64,000 bases of DNA from NCBI GenBank assembly GCA_964016885.1, contig OZ024756.1, forward strand, positions 2,108,001-2,172,000, in the 5' to 3' direction. The notes beneath the pieces were generated by a model. That model saw only the letters and a program-made list of their open reading frames with translations. It did no database searches and had not been told where the DNA came from. A program made the translations under genes and the position numbers. This stretch comes from Eledone cirrhosa. Lineage: Eukaryota. Positions 27,535 to 42,627 of the stretch are shown piece after piece (position 1 is the first letter of the stretch; each line of letters begins with the position of its first letter).

Positions 27535-28145
27535 CACTGTTACCTGGTCTCTGGGTGTCGCTAGAGCTGTCCAACTGTGTTACAAATATTTGTGTCATTT
27601 CAGCCAGGTATGACGATATGTTGCTCCATCCCACCATGACTCTCTCTACTGCCAGTAACACTATTACCTGGCCTTGGGTGTCGTTAGAGCTGTCCAACTG
27701 TGTTACAGTATTAAATATGGCATATAATGTACTAATACCCCTCATATTAAAGAGTTCTAGTCTTGTAGAAGCCATTTCTGTATTAAATATTGTATATACA
27801 CTATTATTTCCATCGAATTAAAGAGTTCTCTTCATTTAGAAGCCATTTCTGTATTAAATATGGCATATATACTAATAATACCCCTCATATTAATGAGTTT
27901 TAGACATGTAGAAGCCATTTTTGTATTAAATATAGCATATACGCTACTATTTCCATCAAATTAGAGTTCCAGTTCTTTAGAAGCCATTTCTGTATTAAAT
28001 ATGGCATATAATCCTGCCAGTAACACTGTCACCTGGTCTTGGGTGTCGTTAGAGCTGTCCAACTGTGTTACAAACATTTGTGTCATTTCAGCCAGGTATA
28101 AGGACATGTTGCTCCATCCCACCGTGACTCTCTCTCCTCCCAGCA
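27535..28145. repeat. Compound local duplication: a ~125-bp unit flanking ~70-bp GAAGCCATTTCTGTATTAAATAT repeats
   Basis: TGGGTGTCG(C/T)TAGAGCTGTCCAACTGTGTTACA near 27552, 27675 and 28040. Confidence 0.85.
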
Positions 28146-28449
28146 ATCACTGAGGTTGTGCGACACGCGCGCTGCTCTCATCAGATAAACAATAAAAACA
28201 ACCCAACAGCTACAATATAACCCTACACAATACATTTACACCTTACTCATAAAGTATATTACACATCACAATATACTCCCACATATACATATATTATACA
28301 CCAGATCTGTACAGAGAAAACTCCAGCCATATTTTACCTCGTCAGTGAAACGATAGTCTAAGCTGTACTGGCCAAACCCGAGATAACTGGGAGATTTAAA
28401 GATTTTGAGTGAATAAACACTGAGAAGCTTAACAACTAAAATAAACATC

Positions 28450-28822
28450 TGGGGGTGGGGAGAAATGTCCAGGGGGTGGGATGGAAGGGGTGAGGAGAAA
28501 TACCCAGGGGCGGGATGGAGGGGGTTAGGTGAAATCCCCAGGGGGTTTGTGTGGAGTGGTGGGGAGAAATCTCCAGGGGGTGGGGTGCAAGAGGTTAGGA
28601 GAAATCCCCAGGGGTTGGGGTGGAGGGGTGTGGAGAAATCCCCCAGGGGGTGGGGTGGACGGGGTGGGGAGAAATCCCCAGGGGTGGGGTGGAAGGATTT
28701 AGGAGAAATCCCCAGGGGATGGGGTGGAAGGGGTTAGAAGAAATCCCCAGGGGATGGGGTGGAAGGGGTGATGAAAAATCTGCAGGTGGTGGGGTGGAAG
28801 GGGTTAGGTGAAATCCTCAGGG
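28450..28822 (+). repeat. G-rich ~29-bp minisatellite
   Basis: GGAGAAATCCCCAGGGGGTGGGGTGGA-like units. Confidence 0.9.
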
Positions 28823-29071
28823 CAACCTTCTGCATGGAAAAATAAACAAAACAAAAAAACAATCATTGGTCATCCAAATTTAAAAAATAACATCTTCCAA
28901 ATAAATTGGAAGTTAAAGAAACTAAAGAACCCATGTTAGACCTCCCACCCCCTTACCCTGCCTTATAAAAAAACAAAACAATTACTAACTAGGATCTGCA
29001 CCCATGAAACTGATAGGATACACCAACCACGTGCACAAGGAACAGGAATCTCTCTCTCTCTCTCTCTCTCA

Positions 29072-29102
<31 letters not shown>

Positions 29103-29672
29103 TCTCTCACACACACCCTCTCACACACACACCATCTCTCTCTCACACACACACACACACACTCTCTCTCTCACACATACACACACACACTCTCTATATA
29201 TATATATATATGTACTGCCTCTCTGTTTTGTTCCCGTTCCATTTTTCACTATATATATATAAATATATATATATATATAAATATATATATATATAAATAT
29301 ATATTGTGCTAATTGGGAGAGGAAACGGTATATATTTTATCTGGTGATTCTATAGACATGTTTTATGATATATAGCTCTGATTATTTAATTTATTAATTC
29401 TTCATTGAGACACAACGTGACCCATTGCAAAACACATATATATCTATGACTTTATATATATATATGTAAACCTTTATATGTAATAATCTCCCGTTAGGTT
29501 GAGATACAATTTGGCTGTATTGGGCTGCGCTTTCTAGCAATAAGCCTACCAGCCGTAAGCAACTAATCACATCCTTTCTAACTTGACGCTGCCACGTCAC
29601 GATTCTTAGCCATTTTTGAATGTATTCTTGGCGCGATCACTTTGGAAAATTAATTGTCTAAATTTGAGCTAA

Positions 29673-29746
29673 CTCCTGATGAATCCGAAGCTCTAGATAT
29701 CCCCTGTTATCGGATGTCTTAAAATACGAACGAAACCATGGTAGAG
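29673..29746 (+). ncRNA. Hammerhead ribozyme motif (family b, stem II base decayed)
   Basis: ctc-CTGATGA-atccga..tcggat..gaac-GAAAC-catg-GTA-gag; host unit about 29300-30030 has ~70-bp terminal direct repeats. Confidence 0.65.
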
Positions 29747-30023
29747 GTAATTAAATATGTACACATTTCTTCTAGTTTATTTTACACCTAATTCTGTTTA
29801 GTTGACTGTATATCTGGTTGATTTATACATGCTCTCGAAATGTTCGATAAATACTCCGTTGTAACCGCCGCGAAGAGGCTGCTTTCGGTTATTTGTCGGA
29901 GATTTCTTCATAGGAGCCCTTATTCTTATAGCTTGGTCTAATTGATTTTTTATATGGTTAATTGTGCTAATTGGGAGAGGAAACGGTATATATTTTATCT
30001 AGTGATTCTATAGACATGTTTTA

Positions 30024-30093
<70 letters not shown>

Positions 30094-31089
30094 GTATATA
30101 CACATATATACACATATATACATATACATATATATACACATATATACATATACATATATATATAGATATATATATATATACATATAGATATAGATATATA
30201 CATATAGATATATACATATATATATATACATATATATACTTAAAGACGACAGAAAAGAACCGGGAAACAAACGTAAAGGTTTGAAACAGTAAACAAAAAA
30301 GTCAAAAGAAATGTAGACACGTGGTTGACAAAATATAAACACAATAATAAGAGCAATGTGTTTACAGTGGAAATATTGAAACTGGATAGAAAGAGAAGAA
30401 GAGACCTGACGTTTCAGGCTAAATACTTTATCGAAGTAGAGTAAGAGAAGAAAAGAAGAAATTAATGAAAAATATGAAAAGGTTTAGGAATGATATCCAG
30501 TTGAAGAACAGATGATGTTTAAATAGTTAAATATCATATATATATATGCATATATATATAAGTTTATCCCGGGTTCATTCGGGGGTAACCCCAGTAAGTA
30601 ATATTTATGTTAAGATATTGTTCTCAAAATAAATAATATCAAAATCTCATCGATTCATTATTATGTGAGATATTTATGTGAGGTAAAGTCTTTACCGTGA
30701 AAATATAATAGTATATATAGAGTAATGTAAATATAGAGTAATGCTAAAGGGTTAATAATGTAGCTTGAGATTTGTTGAATGATATTAATCTTGACTGTTA
30801 GTTTATATCATCGATTCCACAGGAATAAACACCGCAAAGTAATCTGTCCAATGTTTTAACGGTTCTACCAAACAAGCGACAATAGTAACAGAAATATATA
30901 TATTCAAATGAACGAGAACATAAATAAAACAAAGCATGTGTTAGCTATGTTATGGTTTATAAAAATATACTGACAGGGTTATACAGTAATGTATTTGTTT
31001 GGTTACCAAATGTAGTCAGTTTACATGTTGTTGTTATTGTTGTTGGCTTCGTTGTTTATAATATATATATATATAAATATATATATAGT

Positions 31090-31300
31090 AATAATAATAA
31101 ATTTGAAGACTAAAATCCAAAGAAGGCTCGATAAGGATAAATATGTATCAAATATATAAGAACCGTAGAGCAAATATTTATTAAAATAACAGATTAAATT
31201 TTAAGCAAAGAATCGCTGCTTTCACCCTTAACGGGATCTTCTGAAACTCAGAAGATCCCGTTAAGGGTGAAATTAAACTTTAATCTGTTATTTTAATTAA

Positions 31301-31389
<89 letters not shown>

Positions 31390-31392
31390 AAT

Positions 31393-31466
<74 letters not shown>

Positions 31467-31530
31467 AAAATAACAGATTAAAGTTTAAGCAAAGAATCGC
31501 TGCTTTCACCCTTAAATTTATTATTATTAC
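31090..31530. mobile_element. Fold-back terminal fragments of a (TA)n-embedded family (also 15720, 16425, 34290, 40125)
   Basis: TTTCACCCTTAACGGGATCTTCTGA-aac-TCAGAAGATCCCGTTAAGGGTGAAA hairpin; shared AACAGATTAAAGTTTAAGCAAAGAATCGC. Confidence 0.6.
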
Positions 31531-31558
31531 TATATATATATATTTATATATATATATT

Positions 31559-31665
<107 letters not shown>

Positions 31666-31734
31666 GTATATAAATATGTTTGTATATATATATATATAGT
31701 TAAAAGAATAGAGGTGTAACACACAAGTTATTAT

Positions 31735-31985
31735 ATATTGGTAAACGGAATAGAAAATGCTGACAAATTGTTCACAGTTGCTGTTTGCTCTGATCAGAGC
31801 AAACAGCACGGACACTCTATCTCAAAATTATTTTTGAAAAGCATTTAGAAATGCGCAACCGGTAAAAACTTAAAAACTTAAAACCACAACTGAATACTAA
31901 CCCATACAATCACTAATACTCTTTTATTCCTAATTAAACCATTTTTCAACTGTGAACAATTTGTCAGCATTTTCTATTCCGTTTA

Positions 31986-31992
<7 letters not shown>
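31735..31992. mobile_element. Fold-back unit with a nested perfect 30-bp palindrome; relative at 34585-34860
   Basis: Outer arms ATATTGGTAAACGGAATAG../..CTATTCCGTTTACCAATAT; inner TGCTGTTTGCTCTGATCAGAGCAAACAGCA at 31779-31808. Confidence 0.65.
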
Positions 31993-32038
<46 letters not shown>

Positions 32039-32151
32039 ACACATATATATATATACAAACATTTTATATATATACAATCATTTTATATATATATAAATGT
32101 ATATATATTAATTCAAAATATTAACAAAATAGATATTCTTGTGATCAATTA

Positions 32152-32218
32152 TATTTTATTATACATATTTCAGAGGTACTGAGTTAAGTTCAACAGTACG
32201 TCCTCGTCAGATAAAATA
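32152..32218 (-). ncRNA. Hammerhead ribozyme motif (family e, CTGACGA core)
   Basis: tattttat-CTGACGA-ggacGTACTG..CAGTACctct-GAAA-tatgta-TA-ataaaata. Confidence 0.75.
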
Positions 32219-32338
32219 AGATGATGCATGACATACCCTGACATAGTAGATGGTTAAGATTCATTCATGGTAGTTGAGTGCTTCCAATCTATTGTAAAAC
32301 TCATTCTTTGATGTATTCATTGAACCTTGTTTAACTTT

Positions 32339-32391
<53 letters not shown>

Positions 32392-32396
<5 letters not shown>

Positions 32397-34212
32397 GGAG
32401 GTGAGTTTTATTGTAGCACAATAAAGCAATGCAAATATCGGATAAGTAGCATTCTACAGTTTATAGGACTGGAGTATAAATACTATAAGATCAAAAGATG
32501 GTTAAAAGAGTTTCAAGTATTTTATTATGCGCATTTCAAAATCAAATATCACCATGGGATGATATCTGTCTGCGTTTTCATCAGATAAAATAGGGATACA
32601 TGATATGAAGCTTAAACAACACTTGTGAATAGTGAAGTTTTAAATCAACATATGAAAAATAATTTAAGATTGATGTATGAGATTGAGAAAAAGTGAGGGG
32701 GGTTGGAAAAGGTAAGGAAGAGGAGGAGATGAGAGTAAAGAATGGTGGGGAGGAGTATAATAAGGAAGGATGAGAGACGAGGAGAGATGGGTGATAGAGA
32801 GAGAAAGATAGCCTTTACAACATTGAAAAAATATATATTGTGTCACAGAGAGAAGTTATAATGCCGTGGGAAGATAATAGATAATTTAAAAGAATTTGAA
32901 ATTAAAAGTTAATGCGGTTTATGCATGAAGAGAAAAAGGGATTAAGAATAATATTAAATTAAGGTTTGTATATTGAAGGGTTTAATAATATGTGCGAGGA
33001 AAAGAAATTATTAATATGTATTATTAAAATAAAAATATTAATGTTATTAAGGATATAATGTGAAAAGAAGTAGAAGAATGAATGAGTTATGAATTCAGAG
33101 GAATTAGTTAGTGTTTAATTTTGTTTTTATGTAATGTAATATGTGTGCGCAATATATGTACGTAAATAGTTTGTTTAAAAATGAGCGCAGAAAGCAAAGA
33201 AGAAAATAATGTTTAAGGAAGAATATATCTAACATAAAAAATATATATGTTTACGAAATGTTTTCTAATGGTAATAACATAATATATTAAAAGAAATTAG
33301 TTAGGGTTTAAGTTTGTTTTTATGTTTTGTAATATGTAAAAGTCAAACGAGCATGAAAGGAAGAGATAAGGAATTTAAGGAAGAAAAATCTAATGTCAAA
33401 AAAATGTTTGTTTACGAAGGACTATTAAAGGTAATACTATAATGTATTAAAAAAAATAATAATAATTTTTATGGCCAATGATATGAAGAAAGATGGAAGA
33501 ATGGATAATGTTGTGGTGAGTAATAATAAGAATTGAGAAGTAGTTAGGAAGAAAAAGTACAGATTAGAGGTTAGAAATTAAAAAGAAAAGAGGAAGAAAG
33601 GAAAGTGATAAAGAGGAATGATATAGAATGAGTAACTTGTATTATATAATATATAATAAATAATATTGAAATAAGGTAGAAAGATGGGTATATTTTTAAA
33701 AGAAATATAAACCTTTGAGAAAAAGGATTTTAAACTAGTAAGGTTTTAGATATTAACTGTATACTTTATGGAATGTTCTGTGGAATTTATGCAAGCAGTG
33801 AGAAAATAAATCAGTGCGTCTATTTATTATAGAATTGAAATTAGATATAATGGTAAATTTCTCAGATAGGCAAAGATTACATGTTCAGGATAGGGAGGCA
33901 TTCAAGTAGGGAGAGGCAGAACAAACTTTTCTCCAATAGATGTTATAGTTAATATTTTTGCCTTTCAAGGACCATATGAGTTCTGAGAGTGCCGTGTTAG
34001 TTCTTTTAAGTTGGTATTTAAAAGACGAATTGTGATTATAAAATCTAGCTTTGAAGGAGGTGGAAGTGGAACCGAAATAGGTAAAGGAATTGGTATCAGT
34101 TATAACCTTACATTCATAGACTAAGTTTTTATCAAGACAATGGTTATTGAGAGGACATTTAGTTCTAACAGGGCAATTACAATTGCGATTAAAGAAATTA
34201 ACAGAGTTATTA
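32392..34212 (-). mobile_element. 3' portion of a Penelope-like element: GIY-YIG endonuclease (33753-34212), long AT-rich UTR and hammerhead
   Basis: CNCPVRTKCPLNNHCLDKNLVYEC...YFGSTSTSFKARFYNH...WSLK...CNLCLSEK...INRRTDLFSHCLHK with one in-frame stop; homologous to 57771-59592. Confidence 0.85.
32518..32592 (-). ncRNA. Hammerhead ribozyme motif (family e) in the PLE 3' end
   Basis: tattttat-CTGATGA-aaac..ttt-GAAA-tgcgca-TA-ataaaata. Confidence 0.75.
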
Positions 34213-34867
34213 ACTCAGTCCAGAAATAGCCGTCGAAACGGCTTGAGCTCTGCCGTCGGGGTCATACTTTTTCGTATATATATATATATAGTAATAATAA
34301 TAAATTTGAAGACTAAAATCCAAAGCGATTCTTTGCTTAAACTTTAATCTGTTATTTTAATAAATAAATATATATATATATATATAAATTAATATGTATG
34401 TGATGAAACACAGATACCAACACATCTGTATATATATTGCAAAAGAAAAATTTAGCCAGATTGAAGTATACTAATTATTATACTACTGCTCAGGGGATAT
34501 TTTTCCTCCTTCGAGCTGATTCCATTGTAAAAGAATTCATTACCTTATATATATATATATATATATATATTTAAAAAAAAAAAATAGAGGTGTGACACAC
34601 GAGTTGTGATATATTAGTAAAAAGGAAAAGAAAATGCTGAAAAAATTTTCCCAGTGAAAAATAGTTTAATTAGGAATAAGTATAAATTAGTAATAAGTAT
34701 TGGTTAGTATTCAGTTTTAGTTTGAAGTTTTTACCGGTTGCGCATTTCTAATGCTATTCAAAAATAATTTTGCGATAGAGCGCACGTGATGTTTGCTCTA
34801 ATCTTAGATTATTCACTGGAAAAAAATTGTCAGCATTTTCTTTTCCTTTTTACTAATATTATATATA

Positions 34868-34960
34868 TGCCGAGGTTAACTTTGCCTTTCATCCTTACGG
34901 GGTCGATAAAATAAAGTACCAGTAATGCACTGGGTAATTTGCCAAAAGTAGAAACAATTA
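34868..34960 (+). mobile_element. SINE family 1, 3' fragment
   Basis: GCCGAGGTTAACTTTGCCTTTCATCCTTACGGGGTCGATAAAATAAAGTACC. Confidence 0.8.
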
Positions 34961-35017
34961 TATATATATATATTACTTCAAAATATTAATAAATATAGAC
35001 ATTCATTTGATCAAATA

Positions 35018-35083
35018 TATTTTATTATACATATTTCAGAGGTACTGAGGTATTTCATCAATACGTCCTCATCAGATAAAATA
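35018..35083 (-). ncRNA. Hammerhead ribozyme motif (family e)
   Basis: tattttat-CTGATGA-ggacgtattg..cagtacctct-GAAA-tatgta-TA-ataaaata. Confidence 0.75.
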
Positions 35084-35163
35084 AATTGATGTCTGACATA
35101 CATCAACTGTGCTGATCGTTCAATTCCAGTCTTGGCAGTATATATATATATATATATATATGT

Positions 35164-35462
<299 letters not shown>

Positions 35463-35649
35463 CCAGAACTGCATACACACAGAGGCGTAAAAGATCATAT
35501 TCAAATAAACACACAAACACATGAATAATTACACGGACAAATTACAAGCGCGCAGCAGAATCAAGCAAACACACATACATACATACATACGTATACACGC
35601 TTGTATACAACCATTCAAATTCACACACACATATATGTGTATGGATGTG

Positions 35650-35650
35650 T

Positions 35651-35709
<59 letters not shown>

Positions 35710-35833
35710 TATATATACATATATATACATATATATAATTATATACACACAAATATATACATATATATATATATATACACACATATATACATATATGCAT
35801 ATACACATATACATATATATACATATATTTATG

Positions 35834-35875
<42 letters not shown>

Positions 35876-35900
35876 TATATACATATATATATATATACAC

Positions 35901-35945
<45 letters not shown>

Positions 35946-36038
35946 TATATACATATATATATACATATACATATATATATACATATATATATATACATAT
36001 ATATATACATATATATATACATATACATATATATATAC

Positions 36039-36085
<47 letters not shown>

Positions 36086-36130
36086 CATATATATATACAT
36101 ATACATATATATATACATATATATATATAC

Positions 36131-36161
<31 letters not shown>

Positions 36162-36174
36162 CATATATATATAC

Positions 36175-36205
<31 letters not shown>

Positions 36206-36258
36206 CATATATATATACATATATATATACATATATATATATATACATATATATATAC

Positions 36259-36289
<31 letters not shown>

Positions 36290-36330
36290 CATATATATAT
36301 ACATATATATATATATACATATATATATAC

Positions 36331-36363
<33 letters not shown>

Positions 36364-36376
36364 CATATATATATAC

Positions 36377-36407
<31 letters not shown>

Positions 36408-36408
36408 C

Positions 36409-36443
<35 letters not shown>

Positions 36444-36600
36444 CATTTACATATATGTATGTATGTATATATATATACATATATACATATATATATACAT
36501 ATATATATATACACATATATATATATACGTACATACATATATATACTTATATATATACACACATATATGTGTATATATATTTATATAAATATACAATAAT
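35650..36600. repeat. Long (TA)n/(TACA) tract
   Basis: Directly visible. Confidence 0.95.
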
Positions 36601-36647
36601 ACATACATACATACCTACATACATACATACATACCTACATATACACA

Positions 36648-36926
36648 TGGTGGCTGCCAACTCGTTTTCGAGTACGACCACTACTTTATATCCATGTAGG
36701 AGAACCCCTACCGATGCGCTGAACGAGTGTGACTTTTTAGTCCAGCCAGCGACTTGAAAACTCTGGTACAAACACTACACTTGTGGCAATTATTGACACA
36801 TAGACATAGTGCTGGGCCCATGGTACCATGTCACGACAAGTGCAGAGAGATCTCCAGATATAAAGCAATGCCTGTGCCGTGAAGCTTTTATAGTGAGCAA
36901 AGGCACTGCACAAAGCCAGTCCCACT
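36648..36926 (-). mobile_element. Family A RTE-like retroposon, 3' half
   Basis: Reverse complement of about 21711-21983; flanked by (CATA)n. Confidence 0.8.
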
Positions 36927-37085
36927 ACATGCATACATACATACCTACATACCTACATACATACATACAGGCATGCATACCTACATACATACATACATAC
37001 ATACATACATACATACCTACATACATACATACATACATACATACATACATACATACATACATACATACATACATACATACATACC

Positions 37086-37117
<32 letters not shown>

Positions 37118-37426
37118 CAATTACTCCATCCAATGAAATTGCTTCAATAACGTAAATTCCATCATGCAGTTGTTAGCGTTAATAATGAAAAAAAAATGTA
37201 AAAACCTCTGCTTGAGGATGTTGTCGTCTGCGAATGGAAGGTAAAAATGACAGCTGTTTGCTTGAAGCATTGTCATTACCGGGAAGTTGAAGACCACACC
37301 GCACTACACCACACCACCTTTATATACATCCTTCTCACCTTAATAGTCATTTAGTTGTTGCTGGCGCACATCCTCATCATATATACAAATTATTATAGCT
37401 AGATCATCCACCATCTTGAAAGCATA

Positions 37427-37467
<41 letters not shown>

Positions 37468-37621
37468 TGTGTGTGTGTGTGTGTGTATGTGTATATATAT
37501 ATATGTGTGTGTGTGTATATATACATATATATACATACAAATACATACACACACACACATATATATATATATGTATATATATATATTTATACATACATAT
37601 ACAATACACACACACACATAA

Positions 37622-37667
<46 letters not shown>

Positions 37668-37763
37668 TCATCTCCAGTTCTTCTCGTCAGAATACTATCT
37701 TAAGTGTTGCCGTATTTTTAATAAGAAATCCTATTGAGATAAGCTACAATTAAACAGTCATTG

Positions 37764-37809
<46 letters not shown>

Positions 37810-37922
37810 ATGTATGTATATGTTTCCCATATACTTACATAAACAGATATTTTCAAGTTTAATACTCACACACTCATACTCATACATGTACGCAAGCACA
37901 CACGCACATACTCAGAAACATA

Positions 37923-37971
<49 letters not shown>

Positions 37972-38010
37972 GTGTGTGTGTGTGTTAGTGAGCGTATATA
38001 TATATATATC

Positions 38011-38054
<44 letters not shown>

Positions 38055-38277
38055 TAAATACACACACATCCATTCATATATATATGTATATATATTAATA
38101 TATATATATTAAGATATATATTATAAATATTATTCAAAATATTAATAACCTTTTTATACCACAAATAATATATTATTTGTGGTATAAAACGTAGAGGGTT
38201 GGTGAAATAAATCACTGCCACTACAGGAATTGAATAATCAAAACCTTGGCGGTATGTCGCATATCCAATCTCTCATA

Positions 38278-38340
38278 TATTTTATCTGATGAAAACGTAC
38301 TTAAACACCATTGTACCTTTGAAATATGTATAATAAAATA
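38278..38340 (+). ncRNA. Hammerhead ribozyme motif (family e)
   Basis: tattttat-CTGATGA-aaacGTAC..GTACcttt-GAAA-tatgta-TA-ataaaata. Confidence 0.75.
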
Positions 38341-38470
38341 TATATCTTGGTTATGAGAATATTTTTTATTTATTAATATTTTGAATAATATTAGAAAACA
38401 TGTTGTCGAGTGCTTCTAATCTACTGTAAAATTGTATTCGTTGAATAATCAACGAACCATATAAACTTTG

Positions 38471-38511
<41 letters not shown>

Positions 38512-38540
38512 GTGGTTACACAACAGTTAGTTCACCATAC

Positions 38541-38578
38541 CGAGAACAATTGTTTCACCTTAGCGGATCCTCAGCTCG
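38541..38578 (-). ncRNA. Hammerhead ribozyme motif (family d)
   Basis: cgag-CTGAGGA-tcc gctaa ggt-GAAAC-aatt-GTT-ctcg; the unit ends just 5' of the motif. Confidence 0.7.
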
Positions 38579-38581
38579 TAA

Positions 38582-38616
<35 letters not shown>

Positions 38617-38617
<1 letters not shown>

Positions 38618-39135
38618 GTTTCTACGTTTGGCACAAGGCCAGCAATTACCCAGTGCATTACTGGTTATCGACGCCGTAAGGATGAAAGGCAAAGTTAACC
38701 TCGGCGGGATTTGAACTCATATCGTTAAGGCCCGTAACTCCATGCTGAAAAGCATTGCGTCCGACCCTCTAACGATAACATAATATAATGTATATTAATA
38801 ACACAAGAGAACTAATTGGACCTGTAAACAGCTATACATTTTTACATAACTTATATCTTGCCCAGTAATGGATAGATAACAATGTAATGAGACCTTTAAT
38901 GTATTATAGGAAAATAGACTGTATTTGAAATTAAATATCAATAAATAACTGTTTCTATTTTAGGGACAAGGCCAGCAATTACCCAGTACATTACTGGTAC
39001 TTTATTTTATCGACCCCGTAAGGAAAAAAGGCAAAGTTAACCTCGGCGGTATTTGAACTCAGATCATAAAGGGACGTAACTCTATGCTTCAAAGCATGGT
39101 GTCCGACTCTCTACCGATACTGCCAATCCACCTCC
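38617..39135 (-). mobile_element. Two SINE family 1 copies (about 38617-38775 and 38950-39135)
   Basis: Reverse complement of body, B box and A box. Confidence 0.85.
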
Positions 39136-39875
39136 CTCTGAAATATAAATAAATAACATTATATAGAAGGGATTTACTTGTAACACACTATAATGTATAT
39201 TAGAGCAAAGAATTTAAATAATTGATACTTTCCTATATAATTTAATTTAATTTAATTAGCTAGTTACCTCCCCTTACACATTTGCTTCCCATAATTTTGG
39301 ATCTCATACTCACTTCCGGAAATTAAACCGTTAGAAAACTTCGTTGTAGAACAACTCTAATCCATGGATAAGAATACAATAAGACCAATTTACAATCTAT
39401 TGCTGTAACTAACTAAAAACATTCAATATAAACATTAACTAAAATATAATTTAACATATGTAATGGAAAAGATAATAACTTTGATTCTCTCAATCCATAC
39501 ACAGTTGAACACTACAGAAACATTTACATTACATCCACCATAAATGTTAATACACTAACACCTTTGCTTGATATGCTTGTATACCTGTGTAATTTTATGT
39601 GATACCTTTGCCATACAGTATTTATTTATGCCTAATACATTTGCTTGTTTCCTTCATATATATGACTAACGCATGTGCACTCTCTACACGCTTGTATATG
39701 TACTGCTAGTGTCCTCATTCTTCCTCAATGCCCCTTTAATTATTAGACTATTCCTTTGTATTATCTGTCGCATGTATTCCACTCTGTGTTTTTAATTTTA
39801 ATTGTTGTACAATTCTCGTATAATATATGTCGCATCCATTCCACCCTGTAAATACGAAACTGTTGTTCACAACAT

Positions 39876-39910
<35 letters not shown>

Positions 39911-39955
39911 TGTTCAGTTGAATAGGAGGTTAAGTATATGTACAAACGTTGCTAA

Positions 39956-40002
39956 TGCTCCGATGAATCCAAACGAAAGTTTGGAAGAAACGATTGTCAG
40001 CA
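39956..40002 (+). ncRNA. Hammerhead-like motif with CCGATGA core (family f)
   Basis: tgct-CCGATGA-aTCCAAAC gaaa GTTTGGAa-GAAAC-gatt-GTC-agca. Confidence 0.78.
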
Positions 40003-40043
40003 ATAAAATGATTTGAACATAACTTAACTTTGATAATTGTGTA

Positions 40044-40117
<74 letters not shown>

Positions 40118-40228
40118 TATATATATTTGCTCTGCGGTTCTTATATATTTGATATATATTTTATCCTTACCGAGCCCTCTTTGGATTTTAGTCTTTAAAT
40201 TTATTATTATTACTATATATATTAAGAT

Positions 40229-40268
<40 letters not shown>

Positions 40269-40361
40269 TGATATATTTATAAATATGCATATATATATAT
40301 ACATATATATATATATACATATTGATATATTTATAAATATGCATATATATATATATATATA

Positions 40362-40758
<397 letters not shown>

Positions 40759-40896
40759 CGAAGGAATAGTGGTAAGGAAGCAGATGGACCATAACACACC
40801 AAAGTATTTAATACTTAGCGTAGTAGAGTGGGTAATAGAAAGTCCAGAAGTAGCCGTCGAAATGGCTTGAGCTCTGCCGTCGGGATCATACTTGTT

Positions 40897-40933
<37 letters not shown>

Positions 40934-41199
40934 TAAACCACAGACTCACAAAGACACACCCACACTTACATATACATATTTCTACAACATACACCCTCAT
41001 GATAAACAGCAATATACAGCGGCCGCCATTTTCTCAATATGAAATACCTTAATTCTTATCTGGGCGATATCATCTTTTCTCTGTTGAGCGGTTTCTATTT
41101 TTTGACGCACCTCTCTCTCCAGCTAGCTTTATTCACTAGCAAATGCACAAAAAACACGCTCACTTCTGTTTATTTGCGCACGCGCTCGTGTGTGTGTGT

Positions 41200-41279
<80 letters not shown>

Positions 41280-41319
41280 GTGTCTACAAAGTATATAATT
41301 GTCTCTATACAATTTTCTC

Positions 41320-41785
41320 TTTAGTACAAGGGCAGCTATTTTAAAAGAAAAAGGAAAATCGATTAAATCGATCCAATACATTACTGGTACTTTATTTTAT
41401 TGCTGTCCTGGGTATAACATTAAACTACATCCAGTGACAAGACTCCAGTTTGGGAGCTCAGAAGCTGTGGGGAATGTGGAGTTACCCCTTAGTTATTATC
41501 ACTCCCAGGTCTGCTCTGGCCTGGAGTAGTAGTACCTGTTAGGGCCCCATTTATGGGTTAAATAATTACCTTATTTGAGTGGCGCCGGTAAGGCCTCATT
41601 AGTCATTGAAAATAACTCATCTCTGGAATTTTACCCGCTCTAGATAGATAGATATTTTATTGACCCCGTAAGGATGAAAAGCAAAGCTAACCTCGGTGGG
41701 ATTTGAACTCAGACCGTAAATGGACGTAACTATATACCAAAGAGCAGGTCGTCCAATGCTCTACCGATTAATGTCAATCCACCTC
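41320..41785 (-). mobile_element. SINE family 1 copy split by a ~250-bp insertion (about 41400-41655)
   Basis: ..GGTACTTTATTTTATTG resumes as TTTTATTGACCCCGTAAGG at about 41655. Confidence 0.7.
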
Positions 41786-42124
41786 ACTACGTATAATAAC
41801 TGACGGGCAGTTTCGTTAATTAAGAAACGAACTATAAATCTTCTAATTTCGTCTGACTTTATTTTCTTTCCTTCTTTGACGTCCTACCTCACTCCCACAA
41901 TGTCTTCTTTAACCTCTGTCGTTTCCCACCTACTCCTTCTCCTTCATACACCTTATTCGACCCGTCCTAATTCTTCACCCCTTTCACCAATCCCTAACTT
42001 TACCCACCACCCCTTCATTCTCTCTCTACCCAGCCACTATCATTTTGCCACCACCTGCCAAAACTAATTACCCAGAACAAGCCAACGAGGGAGTCGCTAT
42101 CCCATCGCTCAACCTACTACAAAT

Positions 42125-42315
42125 TATTTCTAGCTTTGGCACAAGCCCAGTCGTGTTTAGGGGTAAGGAGGGAGGGTAAGTCGACTATATTGATTCCCAG
42201 TACTTAACTGGTATTTATTTTTTCTACCTCGGAAGGATGAAAGGCAAAGTTGACCTTAGTGTATGTAAAGGGTTAGAATAAATACCGCAATGCATTTGTC
42301 CGATGTTCTAACGAA
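42125..42315 (-). mobile_element. SINE family 1, diverged
   Basis: GGCACAAG..GGAAGGATGAAAGGCAAAGTTGACCT. Confidence 0.7.
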
Positions 42316-42398
42316 AGCTATAAATTGCAACCAACTCCCATCAAATGAACAGTCCCCTGAAATCAACTGTCAAGTTCCCAACATTATTACAACATCTA

Positions 42399-42586
42399 GG
42401 GTGGTGGATTGGCAGTATCGGTAGAGGGTCGGACGCCATGCATTGACGCATAGAGTTATGGCCCTTGCCATACTGAGTTAAAATCCCGCCGAGGTTAACT
42501 TTACCTTTCATCCTTACGGGATCGATAAAATAAAGTACCAGTAATGCACTGGATTAATTGCTGGCCTTGAGCCAAAAGTAGAAACA
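42399..42586 (+). mobile_element. SINE family 1, full length, with 16-bp target-site duplication
   Basis: ATTATTACAACATCTA at 42383-42398 and 42587-42602; A and B boxes present. Confidence 0.92.
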
Positions 42587-42627
42587 ATTATTACAACATC
42601 TAATGTAATGAGTCAATTAGAAATGCA

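Noticed and set aside
30563-30600. Possible second Helitron 3' end
   Set aside because: The hairpin is imperfect, there is no CTAG terminus and no 5' end is identifiable
33885-33887. In-frame TGA in the PLE endonuclease as selenocysteine
   Set aside because: It aligns to Lys, not Cys, in the intact copy at 57772-58158, so it is most simply a nonsense mutation
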